64,000 nt of DNA, taken from Candidatus Hydrogenedentota bacterium (GTDB taxonomy: Bacteria > Hydrogenedentota > Hydrogenedentia > Hydrogenedentales > SLHB01). The stretch lies in NCBI GenBank assembly GCA_045863335.1, contig BTVY01000003.1, positions 32,001-96,000 on the forward strand. The letters run 5' to 3'. The notes beneath the pieces are model-generated. The model saw nothing but the letters and a program-made list of their open reading frames with translations. It had not been told where the DNA came from and did no database searches. Position 1 is the first letter of the stretch. Each line of letters begins with the position of its first letter. Position numbers and translations under genes: made by a program. Shown here piece by piece: positions 20,822 to 31,178 of this stretch.

Positions 20822-22156
20822 TTACATCTCCAGGGGCTTGTCCTTGGTCTCCGGAGCGAACGGCAGCACGAACAGACCCAGAATGAAGATCACGGACACG
20901 ATGGTCGCGGCCCATTGAATCCCGTACGCCCCGCGCAACGACCCGAACAATGAAGGCCCAGCGATGGCCAGGTAACGGGCGACGTTATAGCAGAACCCAG
21001 TTCCCGTGGCGCGGACTCGCGTGGGAAAGAGTTCAGGGAAGTATACGGCGTAGCCCCCGAAGAGGGACGTCGTAAAGAACCCCATGATCGGGAACATGAC
21101 CAATGCCATGGCAAACGAATCGGTCAGGTGGAACGTAGCCGGCACCGCAATGGCGCAGGAAATGAAGGTCAACGCAAAGGTCTTCTTGCGCCCGATTCGA
21201 ATGGCGAGCCAAGTCCACGTGAGAATGCCAAAGAACGCGCCTACGTTCTGTGCCATCACGCTCAAGCTGGCGCGTTGATCGACCATGGCCTTGAGTTCGG
21301 GCAAGTCGTTGGGATTGATCGCGCCGCGCAGCAGATCCGGCGAGAAGGTCCCGATCCCCCAGAATCCGATCACGCCGACCGCGGCCAGCCCCACGCCGAC
21401 GAGGGTATTGCGCCGGAGCACCGGCTCGGTAAACAGATTGGTAATCGAACCCAGCTTGATGTCCCCCGCCTTGGCTTTCGCTCGCGCCGTGTGCCAGTGC
21501 TCGGGTTCCCGGACGAAGAGTCGAATTGCGAAGACTAGCATGGCGGGTATGAAACCGATGAAGAAAATGATCCGCCAACTCGTCATCGTGATGCCCATGG
21601 CCTCGAAACCCTCGGTGGGCACGGTGCGGAATACGACGAAACTGATGCCGCCGGCGAGCACGTTTCCAAAGGCCGAAGCGGCCTGCATAATGCCGAGCGC
21701 CGTTGGCCGCGCATGATCCGGCAGGGACTCTGCGATCAAGGCGGCGCCCGCGGCAAACTCGCCGCCAATGCCTAGCCCGGTTAGAAAACGGAATACGGCG
21801 AAGGCTTCCCATGATTGCGCCAGGCCGCTGAGTCCCGTGAACAGCGCGTACATGAGGACCGTGATGGCCATGGTTAGCGTTCGGCCCAGCCGGTCGCCGA
21901 CCATGCCAAAGAGGAATCCGCCGGTGGCCCACCCCGCGATGAAGATGGCCTGGACGGTCCCCGATTTCGCGGCCACATCCGCGGCCGTGGCCCCCGAGCC
22001 CAGCAACTCCTGCAAGGCAGGCTGCCGCGCCAGCACATACAGCCACTGGTCCATGGTGTCGAACAACCACCCCAGCGACGCCACGGTCAAGACCAGGTAG
22101 TGATACCCCGTTAGCCCGGAGTACCACGGAATCTTCGCAGAACTTTCCTGAGCCAT
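20822..22156 (-). CDS. MFS transporter
   Basis: About 12 TMs; GDRLGR, FRFLTGLGIGGE and PELFPTRVRATG motifs. Confidence 0.92.
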   Translation of the reverse strand: MAQESSAKIPWYSGLTGYHYLVLTVASLGWLFDTMDQWLYVLARQPALQELLGSGATAADVAAKSGTVQAIFIAGWATGGFLFGMVGDRLGRTLTMAITVLMYALFTGLSGLAQSWEAFAVFRFLTGLGIGGEFAAGAALIAESLPDHARPTALGIMQAASAFGNVLAGGISFVVFRTVPTEGFEAMGITMTSWRIIFFIGFIPAMLVFAIRLFVREPEHWHTARAKAKAGDIKLGSITNLFTEPVLRRNTLVGVGLAAVGVIGFWGIGTFSPDLLRGAINPNDLPELKAMVDQRASLSVMAQNVGAFFGILTWTWLAIRIGRKKTFALTFISCAIAVPATFHLTDSFAMALVMFPIMGFFTTSLFGGYAVYFPELFPTRVRATGTGFCYNVARYLAIAGPSLFGSLRGAYGIQWAATIVSVIFILGLFVLPFAPETKDKPLEM

Positions 22157-22498
22157 GAATTCCCCTCCCCACAGCCGCTCCAAGCATTCGTCTGTCCGTT
22201 ATGGACAACGCCCCGTTTGCCCGGTGGGACACGTAGTGCCCGCGTAGTGTATAGAGAGAGCCTTGGCCGTGACAAGAGGAAACTGCGTGGCCGCGCGGGG
22301 AATTGAAGGTTCTCAGGGCTAGTGAACTGAATGACTTACGGGGGGCGGACGGGAGCGGCGAGTACGGGCACGGGCCACTTGTAAGGCGCTCACTTCTTGC
22401 ACAAAATATTGGGTGTAGAGCCCCAAACGGCCCCTTCACTTGTATCAAAGCTTGTGCTATAATGCGGAACACCACAAGATATTGGGGAGAAGCAGGCG

Positions 22499-23923
22499 TT
22501 GAACGGCCGGAAACGAAAAGTCCACTTCGTCGGGGTCGGCGGGATCGGTATGAGCGGTCTCGCCGAAATCCTCCTGAATTTGGACTATACCGTCTCCGGG
22601 TCGGACCTGCGGGCCAGCGAGATTACCCAACGGCTTGAGCAGTATGGGCTTCGGTTCCACGAAGGCCACGATCCCTCGCACATCGGCGACGCGGGAATCC
22701 TGGTGGTTTCGGCCGCCGTGGATGGCACCAATCCCGAGCTTGTCGCGGCACGCGATCGCGGAATCCCCGTGATCCATCGTAGCGAACTCCTGGCGGATCT
22801 CATGCGGCTGAAGCCAAACGCCGTGGCGGTCGGCGGAACGCACGGCAAGACAACCACCACATCGATGATCAGCGCGATCATGGATCGCGCCAACTTCGGC
22901 GCAACCAGCATCATTGGCGGCATCCTCCATCGAAGCGGCACGAACGCGCGATGGGGGACCGGCGATTATCTCGTCGCGGAAGCCGACGAACACGATGGTT
23001 CCTTCCTGCGCCTCCATCCGACGATCGGCGTCGTCACGAATATCGATGCGGAACATCTCGAGTATTACGGGACCCTCGACAACATCAAGCGTGCGTTCAC
23101 CGAGTTCTGCAACGCCGTGCCCTTCTACGGCTACTCCATCGTTTGCTTCGATGATCCCAATTGCCGAAGCATCATGAAAGATATCGAGAGTGTCTGCATG
23201 ACCTATGGCACGCAGGAGGGCGCGTTGCTCCACGGTTCCAACGTGCGCCTCTGCAAAGTCGAGGATCGTTCGACGCCCATCTCCCGCCTGTGCACACAGG
23301 TGGACGTGACCAGCCACGACGAACGCCTCGGGCGTGTGGGGAAGCTGGGCACGCTGACCTTTAACGCCATCGGCGCGCACAATGTGAACAATGCCTTGGC
23401 GGCATGCGCCGTCGGCTTGTGTCTCGGCATGAACTTCGGGCACATCGCGGACGGACTTCAACTCTACGACGGCGTGCAGCGGCGCTTGCAGGTACGAGGC
23501 GAACACAACGGCGTTACCATCATCGAAGACTACGCCCATCATCCCACCGAGATTGCGAGCACGCTGGAAGCGATTCGCTGGATCAATCCGTCGCGCGTCA
23601 TCGCCGTGTTCCAGCCGCACCTGTTCAGCCGCACGAAGTTTTTCTATGACGACTTTGCGCGCGTGCTGTCGACCTGCGACCGCAGTATCGTCACGGACAT
23701 CTATCCGTCGCGAGAAGAGCCTATGGCCGGTGTTGATTCGAGCTTGATCGTGAACGCCGCGCGCGACAAAGGCGGCTCCCCGGTCGAGTTGATTTCCGAT
23801 ATGCACGCCGTCGGCAAAACCCTCGCGCCCGATTTGCGCGAAGGCGACGTGGTGTTGATCCTGGGGGCCGGCAACATCAACCGGATCTGCCCGGAGATAC
23901 TCGAGGAGCTGCGCAAGCGCTGA
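22499..23923 (+). CDS. murC: UDP-N-acetylmuramate--L-alanine ligase
   Basis: HFVGVGGIGMSGLA, GTHGKTTT, EADEHD, DYAHHPTE and FQPH motifs. Confidence 0.96.
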   Translation: MNGRKRKVHFVGVGGIGMSGLAEILLNLDYTVSGSDLRASEITQRLEQYGLRFHEGHDPSHIGDAGILVVSAAVDGTNPELVAARDRGIPVIHRSELLADLMRLKPNAVAVGGTHGKTTTTSMISAIMDRANFGATSIIGGILHRSGTNARWGTGDYLVAEADEHDGSFLRLHPTIGVVTNIDAEHLEYYGTLDNIKRAFTEFCNAVPFYGYSIVCFDDPNCRSIMKDIESVCMTYGTQEGALLHGSNVRLCKVEDRSTPISRLCTQVDVTSHDERLGRVGKLGTLTFNAIGAHNVNNALAACAVGLCLGMNFGHIADGLQLYDGVQRRLQVRGEHNGVTIIEDYAHHPTEIASTLEAIRWINPSRVIAVFQPHLFSRTKFFYDDFARVLSTCDRSIVTDIYPSREEPMAGVDSSLIVNAARDKGGSPVELISDMHAVGKTLAPDLREGDVVLILGAGNINRICPEILEELRKR

Positions 23924-24714
23924 TGGCACGGAACACGCAAAAAAAACGCAGTTCCCGCCGCGGAGCGGCGAAGCGGTCGATCCGCCGCAACGCGGATTCG
24001 ATCCTGTCTACGCTATTCGCCTTGGCCGTGGCCTGCGCAGCCGCGTACGCTTTCTATACCTACGTCAACGAATCGACCTATTTCCGAATCAAGATGATCA
24101 AGGTGACCGGCACAAATCTGGTCGATGCGAACGACGTTGTCGCCGCTTCGGGCCTCACGAACGAAGACATCATCCTCCTGCTGCCCACGGCAGAAGTCCG
24201 CTCGAAAGTGACCGCCATGCCCTACATCGAGCGCTGTCGCGTGACACGCGTGTTTCCGGACATGGTGGCCATTGCGGTGGAAGAGCGCGTGCCGGTTGCG
24301 ACGCTCGCGTTGCGCAACCAGTACTTTGAGATCGACGCGGACCTGAATGTGCTGAAGAAGATCGACGAACACGCGCGCCATACGGGACCGCTCATCACGC
24401 AGGTGCCCGGCCTGGGAAACATCGAGCCCGGCGCGAAACTCGAGCAACCTTCGTTGCGCGAAGCGGTCGACGTGTGGCTCGCCTTTCGCGACACCCACGT
24501 CGCCGAAACGGTGACCGTATCCGAGATTGCCGCGCCGTCTACGAGCGACGTGCGCATGTACTGCAACGAACTGGACTACGAAATCCGCTGGGGCCGGGGG
24601 CGGGCCATTCAACAAGCTGCCAACCTGGACACGGTCTGGGAATACAAGGGCGGAAACCTGGAGTGTACGGAATACGTCGATCTGCGGTTCGACCGCGACG
24701 TGGCATGTCTATAG
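23923..24714 (+). CDS. ftsQ: Cell division protein FtsQ/DivIB
   Basis: Basic N-terminus, single TM, POTRA-like region, C-terminal YVDLRF; dcw context. Confidence 0.88.
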   Translation: MARNTQKKRSSRRGAAKRSIRRNADSILSTLFALAVACAAAYAFYTYVNESTYFRIKMIKVTGTNLVDANDVVAASGLTNEDIILLLPTAEVRSKVTAMPYIERCRVTRVFPDMVAIAVEERVPVATLALRNQYFEIDADLNVLKKIDEHARHTGPLITQVPGLGNIEPGAKLEQPSLREAVDVWLAFRDTHVAETVTVSEIAAPSTSDVRMYCNELDYEIRWGRGRAIQQAANLDTVWEYKGGNLECTEYVDLRFDRDVACL

Positions 24715-24781
24715 AGAAACGAGCGAGCACGGAAGCGAGCCGGGAGATGTGGGCCGGCCAACACAGTTGGGAGATGGACCA

Positions 24782-26035
24782 ATGACTATGGGGATTTCGG
24801 ACGAATTCTCCTCCTTCGATCAGCAGGCGGTTATCAAGGTGTGCGGCATCGGCGGCGGCGGCGGAAATGCGGTGGGCCGCATGATCGAAGCCGGCATGAA
24901 AGACGTCGACTTCATCACGATCAACACGGACGCGCAGGCGTTGAAACATTCTCCCGCGGGCACGCGCCTGCAGATCGGCAAGGTCGGTCTCGGCGCGGGC
25001 GCGAAACCGGAGATGGGGGAGTTGGCGGCCAAGGAAGATCGCGAACGCATCACGGAAGTCCTCATGGGCGCCGATATGATCTTCCTCACTGCCGGTCTCG
25101 GCGGCGGCACGGGCACCGGCGCGACACCGGTCGTTGCGGAATACGCCAAGGAAACCGGCGCGCTCACCGTGGCCATCGTTACGCTGCCCTTCCAGTTCGA
25201 AGGCGGTGGCCGCATGGACAACGCCATGCGCGGCCTGGAAGCGCTGGAAAAGCACGTTGATGCGCTCATCGTCGTGCCCAACGACCGGCTGGCCTTGCTC
25301 TGCCACGAAAACGTTTCGTTCCTAAACGCCTTCCGGCTCGCCGATGAAGTTTTGCACAACGGCGTGCGCGCCATCTCCGAGTTGATTACCCTGCCGGGCC
25401 TGATTAATCTGGACTTCGCGGACGTGCGCACCATCATGAAGGAAAGCGGCCGCGCCCTCATGGGCATCGGCACCGCGGAAGACGAAAAGCGCGCGATCCG
25501 GGCTGCGGAAGAGGCGATCATTTGTCCCCTGCTCGAGAAATCGAGCATTGACGGCGCCATCGGCGTGATCGTCAATGTGAAAGGCGGCAGCGATATGAGC
25601 ATGCGCGAGGTCCTCGACGCCGTGACGACGGTCCAGAAAGCTGCCCATCCCCGCGCCAACATTATCTTCGGCGCTGTAGTCGACGACGATCCACGACCGG
25701 AAATCCAGGTCACGGTCATCGCCGCAGGATTCCCCTATGAAGCGATGATGCCGCGGAAACGCGATCAAGACATGGTTTCCCTGACGCTGGAAGTGGAGGA
25801 AGAGTTCCCCGCGCCGGCCGCAGAGGAGCCTGAAGTCGCGGCGCAAAAGGAGGACGCCTGGGTGGCGGCGCGCGTCGAACCGCAGGAGCAGTATTTGTTC
25901 TCCGACGATGACTTCGCCAACACCGAACCTGAAGCGCCGGAGTATTCTGAAACGATTACCCCCTTCGCGCCGCGCGAGCCGGAAGAGGATCTTAGCATTC
26001 CCGCGTTCATGCGCAAGAGGATGAAACGTACGTGA
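24782..26035 (+). CDS. ftsZ: Cell division protein FtsZ
   Basis: GGGGGNAV, NTDAQAL, GGGTGTG, NLDFADV and C-terminal LSIPAFMRK. Confidence 0.97.
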   Translation: MTMGISDEFSSFDQQAVIKVCGIGGGGGNAVGRMIEAGMKDVDFITINTDAQALKHSPAGTRLQIGKVGLGAGAKPEMGELAAKEDRERITEVLMGADMIFLTAGLGGGTGTGATPVVAEYAKETGALTVAIVTLPFQFEGGGRMDNAMRGLEALEKHVDALIVVPNDRLALLCHENVSFLNAFRLADEVLHNGVRAISELITLPGLINLDFADVRTIMKESGRALMGIGTAEDEKRAIRAAEEAIICPLLEKSSIDGAIGVIVNVKGGSDMSMREVLDAVTTVQKAAHPRANIIFGAVVDDDPRPEIQVTVIAAGFPYEAMMPRKRDQDMVSLTLEVEEEFPAPAAEEPEVAAQKEDAWVAARVEPQEQYLFSDDDFANTEPEAPEYSETITPFAPREPEEDLSIPAFMRKRMKRT

Positions 26036-27126
26036 GTCTCTTGAAGCAGCTTCTCGAACGGGCCACGGAGAAAGGCGCGTCGGATATCCACATCAAGACG
26101 GATTCCACGCCCTACTTTCGGATCGACGGGGAGTTGGTGCCGCGTAAGCGAGTCCTCACAAAGGAGAACATCGAAGAATTGCTGGGGGAACTGCTGAACG
26201 AAACCCAGCGGCAAGTGTTTGAGAAGCAACACGAATACGATCTCGCCCATTCCGATCCCGATTTCGGCCGGTTCCGCGTGAACGTCTTCTATCAGCGTGG
26301 CACCGTGTCTCTGGTCATGCGGCACATCAAGTCCCACATCCCGGATTTCGAAGACCTGCATCTCCCCATGGCAGCCGAACGTTTTGCGCTGATGGTGCGT
26401 GGCCTCGTATTGATTACGGGGACAACCGGCAGCGGGAAATCGACGTCCCTCGCGGCCATCATCGACTACATCAACGAGCGGCGAAAGTGTCACATCGTCA
26501 CCATTGAAGACCCCATCGAATACACGCACATGGACAAGAAGGCCGTCGTCAACCAGCGCGAGATCAAGATCGACACGGACAGTTTTCCCCAAGCGCTGAA
26601 ATCTGTCATGCGCCAGGACCCCGACGTGATCCTGGTCGGCGAGATGCGCGATCTCGAGACCTTCCAGGCCGCCATCAGCGCGTCGGAAACCGGGCACCTC
26701 GTTTTCAGCACGTTGCACACGGCCAACGCCATGCAGACCGTCGACCGCATAGTCGACTTGTTCCCCAGCGACCAGCAGGATCAGGTGCGTTCGCAGCTTG
26801 CGTTGAACCTCAAGGGGATCATGTGTCAGCGGCTCTTGCCCCGCGCCTCCGGGAGCGGTCGCGTGCCGGCCTGCGAAGTGCTGATCAACACGCCCGCCGT
26901 CTCGAAGTTGATCAAGGAAAACCGACTCGGCAAGATCCCCCTTGCCATCCAGGCCGGCCGGGAAGAAGGCATGCTCTCCTTCAACGACAGCCTCTACTCC
27001 CTCCTCAAAGGCAAGCTCATCTCCCTGGAAACCGCCATGGAAATCTCCGACAACCCCGCCGAACTCAACCTCATGCTCCAAGGCATCCGCCTCGGCCAAA
27101 TGCAAGGCGGAATTCTCGGCGAGTAG
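26032..27126 (+). CDS. pilT: PilT/PilU-family type IV pilus ATPase
   Basis: ASDIH, GTTGSGKST, TIEDPIE, RQDPDVILVGEMRD and TGHLVFSTLH motifs. Confidence 0.9.
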   Translation: MSLLKQLLERATEKGASDIHIKTDSTPYFRIDGELVPRKRVLTKENIEELLGELLNETQRQVFEKQHEYDLAHSDPDFGRFRVNVFYQRGTVSLVMRHIKSHIPDFEDLHLPMAAERFALMVRGLVLITGTTGSGKSTSLAAIIDYINERRKCHIVTIEDPIEYTHMDKKAVVNQREIKIDTDSFPQALKSVMRQDPDVILVGEMRDLETFQAAISASETGHLVFSTLHTANAMQTVDRIVDLFPSDQQDQVRSQLALNLKGIMCQRLLPRASGSGRVPACEVLINTPAVSKLIKENRLGKIPLAIQAGREEGMLSFNDSLYSLLKGKLISLETAMEISDNPAELNLMLQGIRLGQMQGGILGE

Positions 27127-27168
27127 GTCCCAGTGCTGCGTTTCCGTGGGGGATGGTACCGGTGCTTT

Positions 27169-27969
27169 CTACTCACCAAGGTGAATCTTCGCCATCATGG
27201 GACGTGCGAGGATTGCGCGGAGTTTGCGTGGGAGAAAGCGAATGATCGTGTCCGCCGCGGTCATCAGGAAAGGCCCCGTCGTTGGTTTCTTGCCTAACTT
27301 CCGCAGTGTGAGTTCGACGATGTCTTCGGGGCGATTGGCCATGCGGTGGCGGGCGTCGGATTCTTCCTGCGTGAAGCCTTGCGCGGTGAGGAATTCCGTT
27401 TTCGTGGCCTGTGGACACAAGGTGATCACGTCGATTCCCGAGCCGCGGTATTCGCTGTACAGCGCTTCGCCCAAATGCAGATCGAATGCCTTTGTCGCGG
27501 CGTACACAGATTCGTAGGGGCAGGTCACGATGCCGAGCACGGACGACACCATAATCACCGCGCCGCGTTTCCGCTCGACCATGGCGGGGATAAACGCGCG
27601 CGTCAACAGCACCGGCGCCGCGCAATTCAGTTGCACCATCGCCGCCAACCGCGCTGGGTCGCGCGACTCGAAGCGTCCCGCATGGCCGAGTCCCGCGTTG
27701 TTCACGAGAATCCCGATGGGGATGTCCGCGACCGCTTCGACTACCCGATCGACCGCGCTTGGCGCGGTGAGATCCTGTTCCACGCAACGGCATTCGACGC
27801 CGTGCTGATCCCGCAACTCCACGGCCAGCTCTTCCAACCGGTCCGCGCGCCGCGCCACCAGCACGCAGGAAACGCCCCGCGCCGCAATCGCCCGGGCAAA
27901 CTCCCGGCCAATCCCCGCCGACGCGCCGGTAATCAGCGCCCAGCCCTGGTAGACCTTCAGATTCGGCAT
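27169..27969 (-). CDS. Short-chain dehydrogenase/reductase
   Basis: TGASAGIG, NNAG and YAATK motifs. Confidence 0.92.
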   Translation of the reverse strand: MPNLKVYQGWALITGASAGIGREFARAIAARGVSCVLVARRADRLEELAVELRDQHGVECRCVEQDLTAPSAVDRVVEAVADIPIGILVNNAGLGHAGRFESRDPARLAAMVQLNCAAPVLLTRAFIPAMVERKRGAVIMVSSVLGIVTCPYESVYAATKAFDLHLGEALYSEYRGSGIDVITLCPQATKTEFLTAQGFTQEESDARHRMANRPEDIVELTLRKLGKKPTTGPFLMTAADTIIRFLPRKLRAILARPMMAKIHLGE

Positions 27970-28088
27970 TTCGGTTCTCCTCGCTCGCTCGTTTCGCGTC
28001 ACGTCCAAGGATAGCACGGCACATGCGCGCGTTCGCACATCACCCTGCACCCGAGTTAAACGCGCGTAACGCAAGGTGGAAAGTGCAA

Positions 28089-28140
28089 GGAGCACAGGCG
28101 TCCCGCCTGTGTGCCTTCCACGGGCGAGACGCGCGTTCCC
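28089..28140. repeat. REP-like imperfect palindrome
   Basis: GGAGCACAGGCGTCCCGCCTGTG..CACGGGCGAGACGC intergenic hairpins. Confidence 0.55.
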
Positions 28141-28229
28141 CTTGGAATCCAAGTCTTTGAGGGTATCGCCGCTCAGGCGGCCTTACCGGACAACGGCGGA
28201 CCCTTGACGAAGTTGCTTGATGACTCTCA

Positions 28230-28703
28230 TCATTCGCGACTCACACTGCGCAGGTTCTCAAGCAGCGAATCGAGGGTTCGAATCACCTTGCGTTGAAACG
28301 AATAGGTCATTAACGGAGCGATGAAGATCCAGGGCACGACAGGCGCAAGAGCGAGCAGGAACGGCACATACCAGGGCTGGCCCGCGAATTCTCCCAACAA
28401 ACTGAAAATCACCGCGATAGCCAGTGCCAAGGCCGGCGGGAAGACGATGAGAAAGTTCCGGAGGCGGCGAACACCTCCCAACGCGGCGTCGACCGTAAGC
28501 ATGCCGCCCGCAATCATGAAGTCAGCGCGGCTCACCCCATGAAAGGGATTGTGGTTGTTTCGGAGCAGCTTTTCGCCTCTGGCCTCGAATTGATGTCCGG
28601 AAACGGGAGAGACGTCGAAACCTTGTTGAATGAACGTGTTTCGCGCCTGGTCCAGCACTTTTCGCCCGTCTCCTGTGATGGGGACTGTCTTTTTGTAATC
28701 CAT
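28230..28703 (-). CDS. Hypothetical membrane protein
   Basis: 157 aa, two C-terminal TMs, RBS present. Confidence 0.7.
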   Translation of the reverse strand: MDYKKTVPITGDGRKVLDQARNTFIQQGFDVSPVSGHQFEARGEKLLRNNHNPFHGVSRADFMIAGGMLTVDAALGGVRRLRNFLIVFPPALALAIAVIFSLLGEFAGQPWYVPFLLALAPVVPWIFIAPLMTYSFQRKVIRTLDSLLENLRSVSRE

Positions 28704-28721
28704 GGCGATTCCCCCTCGACC

Positions 28722-28898
28722 TTACTGGCTTGAATCCTCTTCGTCGTACACGATGTCTTTGCGGCGTTTCTTCACCGCTTCCCGTAGCAGGTATTCCACC
28801 TGCGCGTTCAAACTGCGCAGATCGTCCTTGGCCCAACGGTTGAGTTCATCAACCAGTTGGGGCGGCAATCTCAGGAGCAGTGATTTCCGTTGAGCCAA
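28722..28898 (-). CDS. Arc/ribbon-helix-helix DNA-binding protein
   Basis: RKSLLLRLPP..WAKDDLRSLNAQVEYLL, 58 aa from a TTG start; usual partner of SPFH genes. Confidence 0.85.
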   Translation of the reverse strand: MAQRKSLLLRLPPQLVDELNRWAKDDLRSLNAQVEYLLREAVKKRRKDIVYDEEDSSQ

Positions 28899-28962
28899 GA
28901 CGTTGCCTCGTTCAATTCCGGTTCCCGCGGCGCGGGTTTCTATCGCGACGCCACTTTCGAAT

Positions 28963-29128
28963 GAAGAACATCCCCCTTGATCCCCCTTCGAAGGGGGAGT
29001 TGCCCGGCGCGAGTTCGCACTGGTGAGCAATATGGCTATCCCGATGCGAAGTCGCTGGTCTTTCTACCGCAACGCAACGCGTTGCGCGTAATTCCCCCTT
29101 TGAACGGGGACTCAGGGAGATGTTCTTC
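28963..29128. repeat. REP/MITE-like element with terminal inverted repeats
   Basis: GAAGAACATCCC..CCCCCTTCGAAGGGGG at the left, CCCCCTTTGAACGGGG..GGGAGATGTTCTTC at the right. Confidence 0.7.
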
Positions 29129-29175
29129 CGGCTATCACTCATTGCTTGCGGATCCGTTCGTCAATCTCAGGACGA

Positions 29176-30048
29176 TTACGTATACAGCGTGCCCGTGTTT
29201 ACGATGGGCTGGGCCGGCTGATGGCCGCACAATACGACCAGCAGATTGCTGACCATCGCCGTTTTCCGTTCCCCATCTAACTCGATCTTGCCGTATGCTT
29301 CCAACTTATCCAGCGCCATCTCCACCATGCCAACAGCGCCTTCCACGATTCGTGCTCGTGCCGCGACCACCGCGTCCGCCTGTTGCCGCTGCAACATGGC
29401 GCCGGCGATTTCCGCCGCATAGGCGAGATGATTCAGGCGCGCCTCTTCCACCTGCACGCCCGCTTTTGCGACGCGGTCCTGCACTTCACGCTGAAGCGCC
29501 TCGCTCACTTCATCGGGACTGCCCCGCAGCGACAAGATGTCATCGTCAAACGTATCGTATGGATACGACATGGCGAGGTGACGCAGGGCTGCCTCGCTCT
29601 GAACCGATACGAAGTGGTCATAATGGTCCACATCAAACACGGCCTTGGCCGAATCCTGCACGCGCCATACGACGACGGCGGATATATCGATTGGATTCCC
29701 GCGCAGATCGTTCACCTTCGTGGTACCGCCATCAAAATTGCGCCAACGCAGGGACACCTTGAGCTTGTTGAAGAGCGGGTTCGCCCACTTGAAACCTTCA
29801 GTTCGCACGGTGCCTTTGTAGTCGCCGAACAAGACCAGCACGGCGGCCTCGTTTGGCTGGAGCGTGAAGAAGCCGCAGGCTACAAAGATCCAAAGAGCGA
29901 CCCCAAACGCCAATACGATCACAAGCCCCACATTCTCGTTCATGACCGCCAGGACGAGTCCGGCCAACAAGGCAAGACCCGCGACGATGACGATGCCCAG
30001 CATCATCCATCCACTGGCGACCGCGACTTCCTTCTCGTGAGTAACCAT
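29176..30048 (-). CDS. SPFH/band-7 membrane protein
   Basis: Two TMs; [25 protein letters not shown] and VSNLLVVLC motifs. Confidence 0.92.
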   Translation of the reverse strand: MVTHEKEVAVASGWMMLGIVIVAGLALLAGLVLAVMNENVGLVIVLAFGVALWIFVACGFFTLQPNEAAVLVLFGDYKGTVRTEGFKWANPLFNKLKVSLRWRNFDGGTTKVNDLRGNPIDISAVVVWRVQDSAKAVFDVDHYDHFVSVQSEAALRHLAMSYPYDTFDDDILSLRGSPDEVSEALQREVQDRVAKAGVQVEEARLNHLAYAAEIAGAMLQRQQADAVVAARARIVEGAVGMVEMALDKLEAYGKIELDGERKTAMVSNLLVVLCGHQPAQPIVNTGTLYT

Positions 30049-30069
30049 CGCGCAACCCTCCTATCAATG

Positions 30070-30108
30070 CGATATCAAAATGATATCACCTGGGGCTCAG
30101 GGTGTCAA
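30070..30108 (-). promoter_or_regulatory. Sigma70 promoter of the SPFH operon with an overlapping palindromic operator
   Basis: TTGACA (30108-30103), 17 bp, TATCAT (30085-30080), overlapped by GATATCA-AAA-TGATATC. Confidence 0.7.
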
Positions 30109-30133
30109 TGGGAATCTTGGAGTATCTAAACTA

Positions 30134-31099
30134 TTATCCCGTAAGAATTTGCATGTCGGACGCATCCAGCTTTACAGCGAGGCTGCCCAGCGCTTCACGG
30201 ACGCGGTCCGTCTTGCTGCTCCCGATGATCGGATAGACTGGGAACGGTTGGTGGAGTAAATACGCCAGCGCAATCTGGTTCGTCGTGCATCCCTTCATTT
30301 GTGCCAGGCTGCGCGCGGCGAGCAGACGTTTCCTGCTCTCCGCCGAGTCGTACTCGGCGCCATAGGGGACGGGTCCGGAGAAGCCGAGTCGCGCCCACGT
30401 CGCATTCTCCTCGCTGAAGTAGCCCTTCGCCTGGGCTGTGTACGCGGCCATGGGAAAGCCGGTCTTGCGGTGCCACGCCACTCCGGCCTCATTCAGGAAC
30501 ATCATGCCCGGGACGGGAGGTTCCGGCGATGCGCGGTACGCGAGCGCCCAACCCGGTTGACTCGCGACGAAGCGTGGCAGTCCGTGGGTGTCGGCGTAGG
30601 CATTGGCGGCCTCCAACCGTTCCGCCGTCCAATTCGATCCGCCGAAGGATCGAATGCGACCGTCGCCTGCGAATTTGACTAGCGTATCGACAATTTTCCC
30701 CACGGGTCGCGCCGGATCATCCCGGTGCAGCCAGTATACATCCACGCACTCTACACCCAACCGATCGAGGCTCTCAGTTAGATCGCGATCCAGATCGTCG
30801 CGACCACAGCGCCCTTGGTCGATATCGTCCAAGGGAGGATGACCACCCTTCGTTGCAAGGACGATGCGGTCCCTGCATCCGCGGGCCCTGAGCCATTCGC
30901 CCACCGTCCGTTCGCTCGCGCCCCAGAATCCCTCGCGCCAGGCCGCGTAGATATGCGCCGTGTCGATGAAGTTGCCTCCAGCCTCCAGGAAGGCATCCAT
31001 TACCTCGAAGGAAGTCTCTTTCGGAATGTCCGATCCAAAGGTGGCCGTGCCTAGACAAATGCGTGACGGTTCGATGGGAGTTCGAAGAATCGTGTCCAT
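30134..31099 (-). CDS. Aldo/keto reductase
   Basis: GGNFIDTAHIY, LATKGG and YWLHRDD motifs. Confidence 0.92.
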   Translation of the reverse strand: MDTILRTPIEPSRICLGTATFGSDIPKETSFEVMDAFLEAGGNFIDTAHIYAAWREGFWGASERTVGEWLRARGCRDRIVLATKGGHPPLDDIDQGRCGRDDLDRDLTESLDRLGVECVDVYWLHRDDPARPVGKIVDTLVKFAGDGRIRSFGGSNWTAERLEAANAYADTHGLPRFVASQPGWALAYRASPEPPVPGMMFLNEAGVAWHRKTGFPMAAYTAQAKGYFSEENATWARLGFSGPVPYGAEYDSAESRKRLLAARSLAQMKGCTTNQIALAYLLHQPFPVYPIIGSSKTDRVREALGSLAVKLDASDMQILTG

Positions 31100-31178
31100 G
31101 CTCGCAGTATCCTCATAAGTGTTTTCACCTATCGTACGGGCGGTCGGACCTTTGATACAATTACGGAAAGTCAGCACA

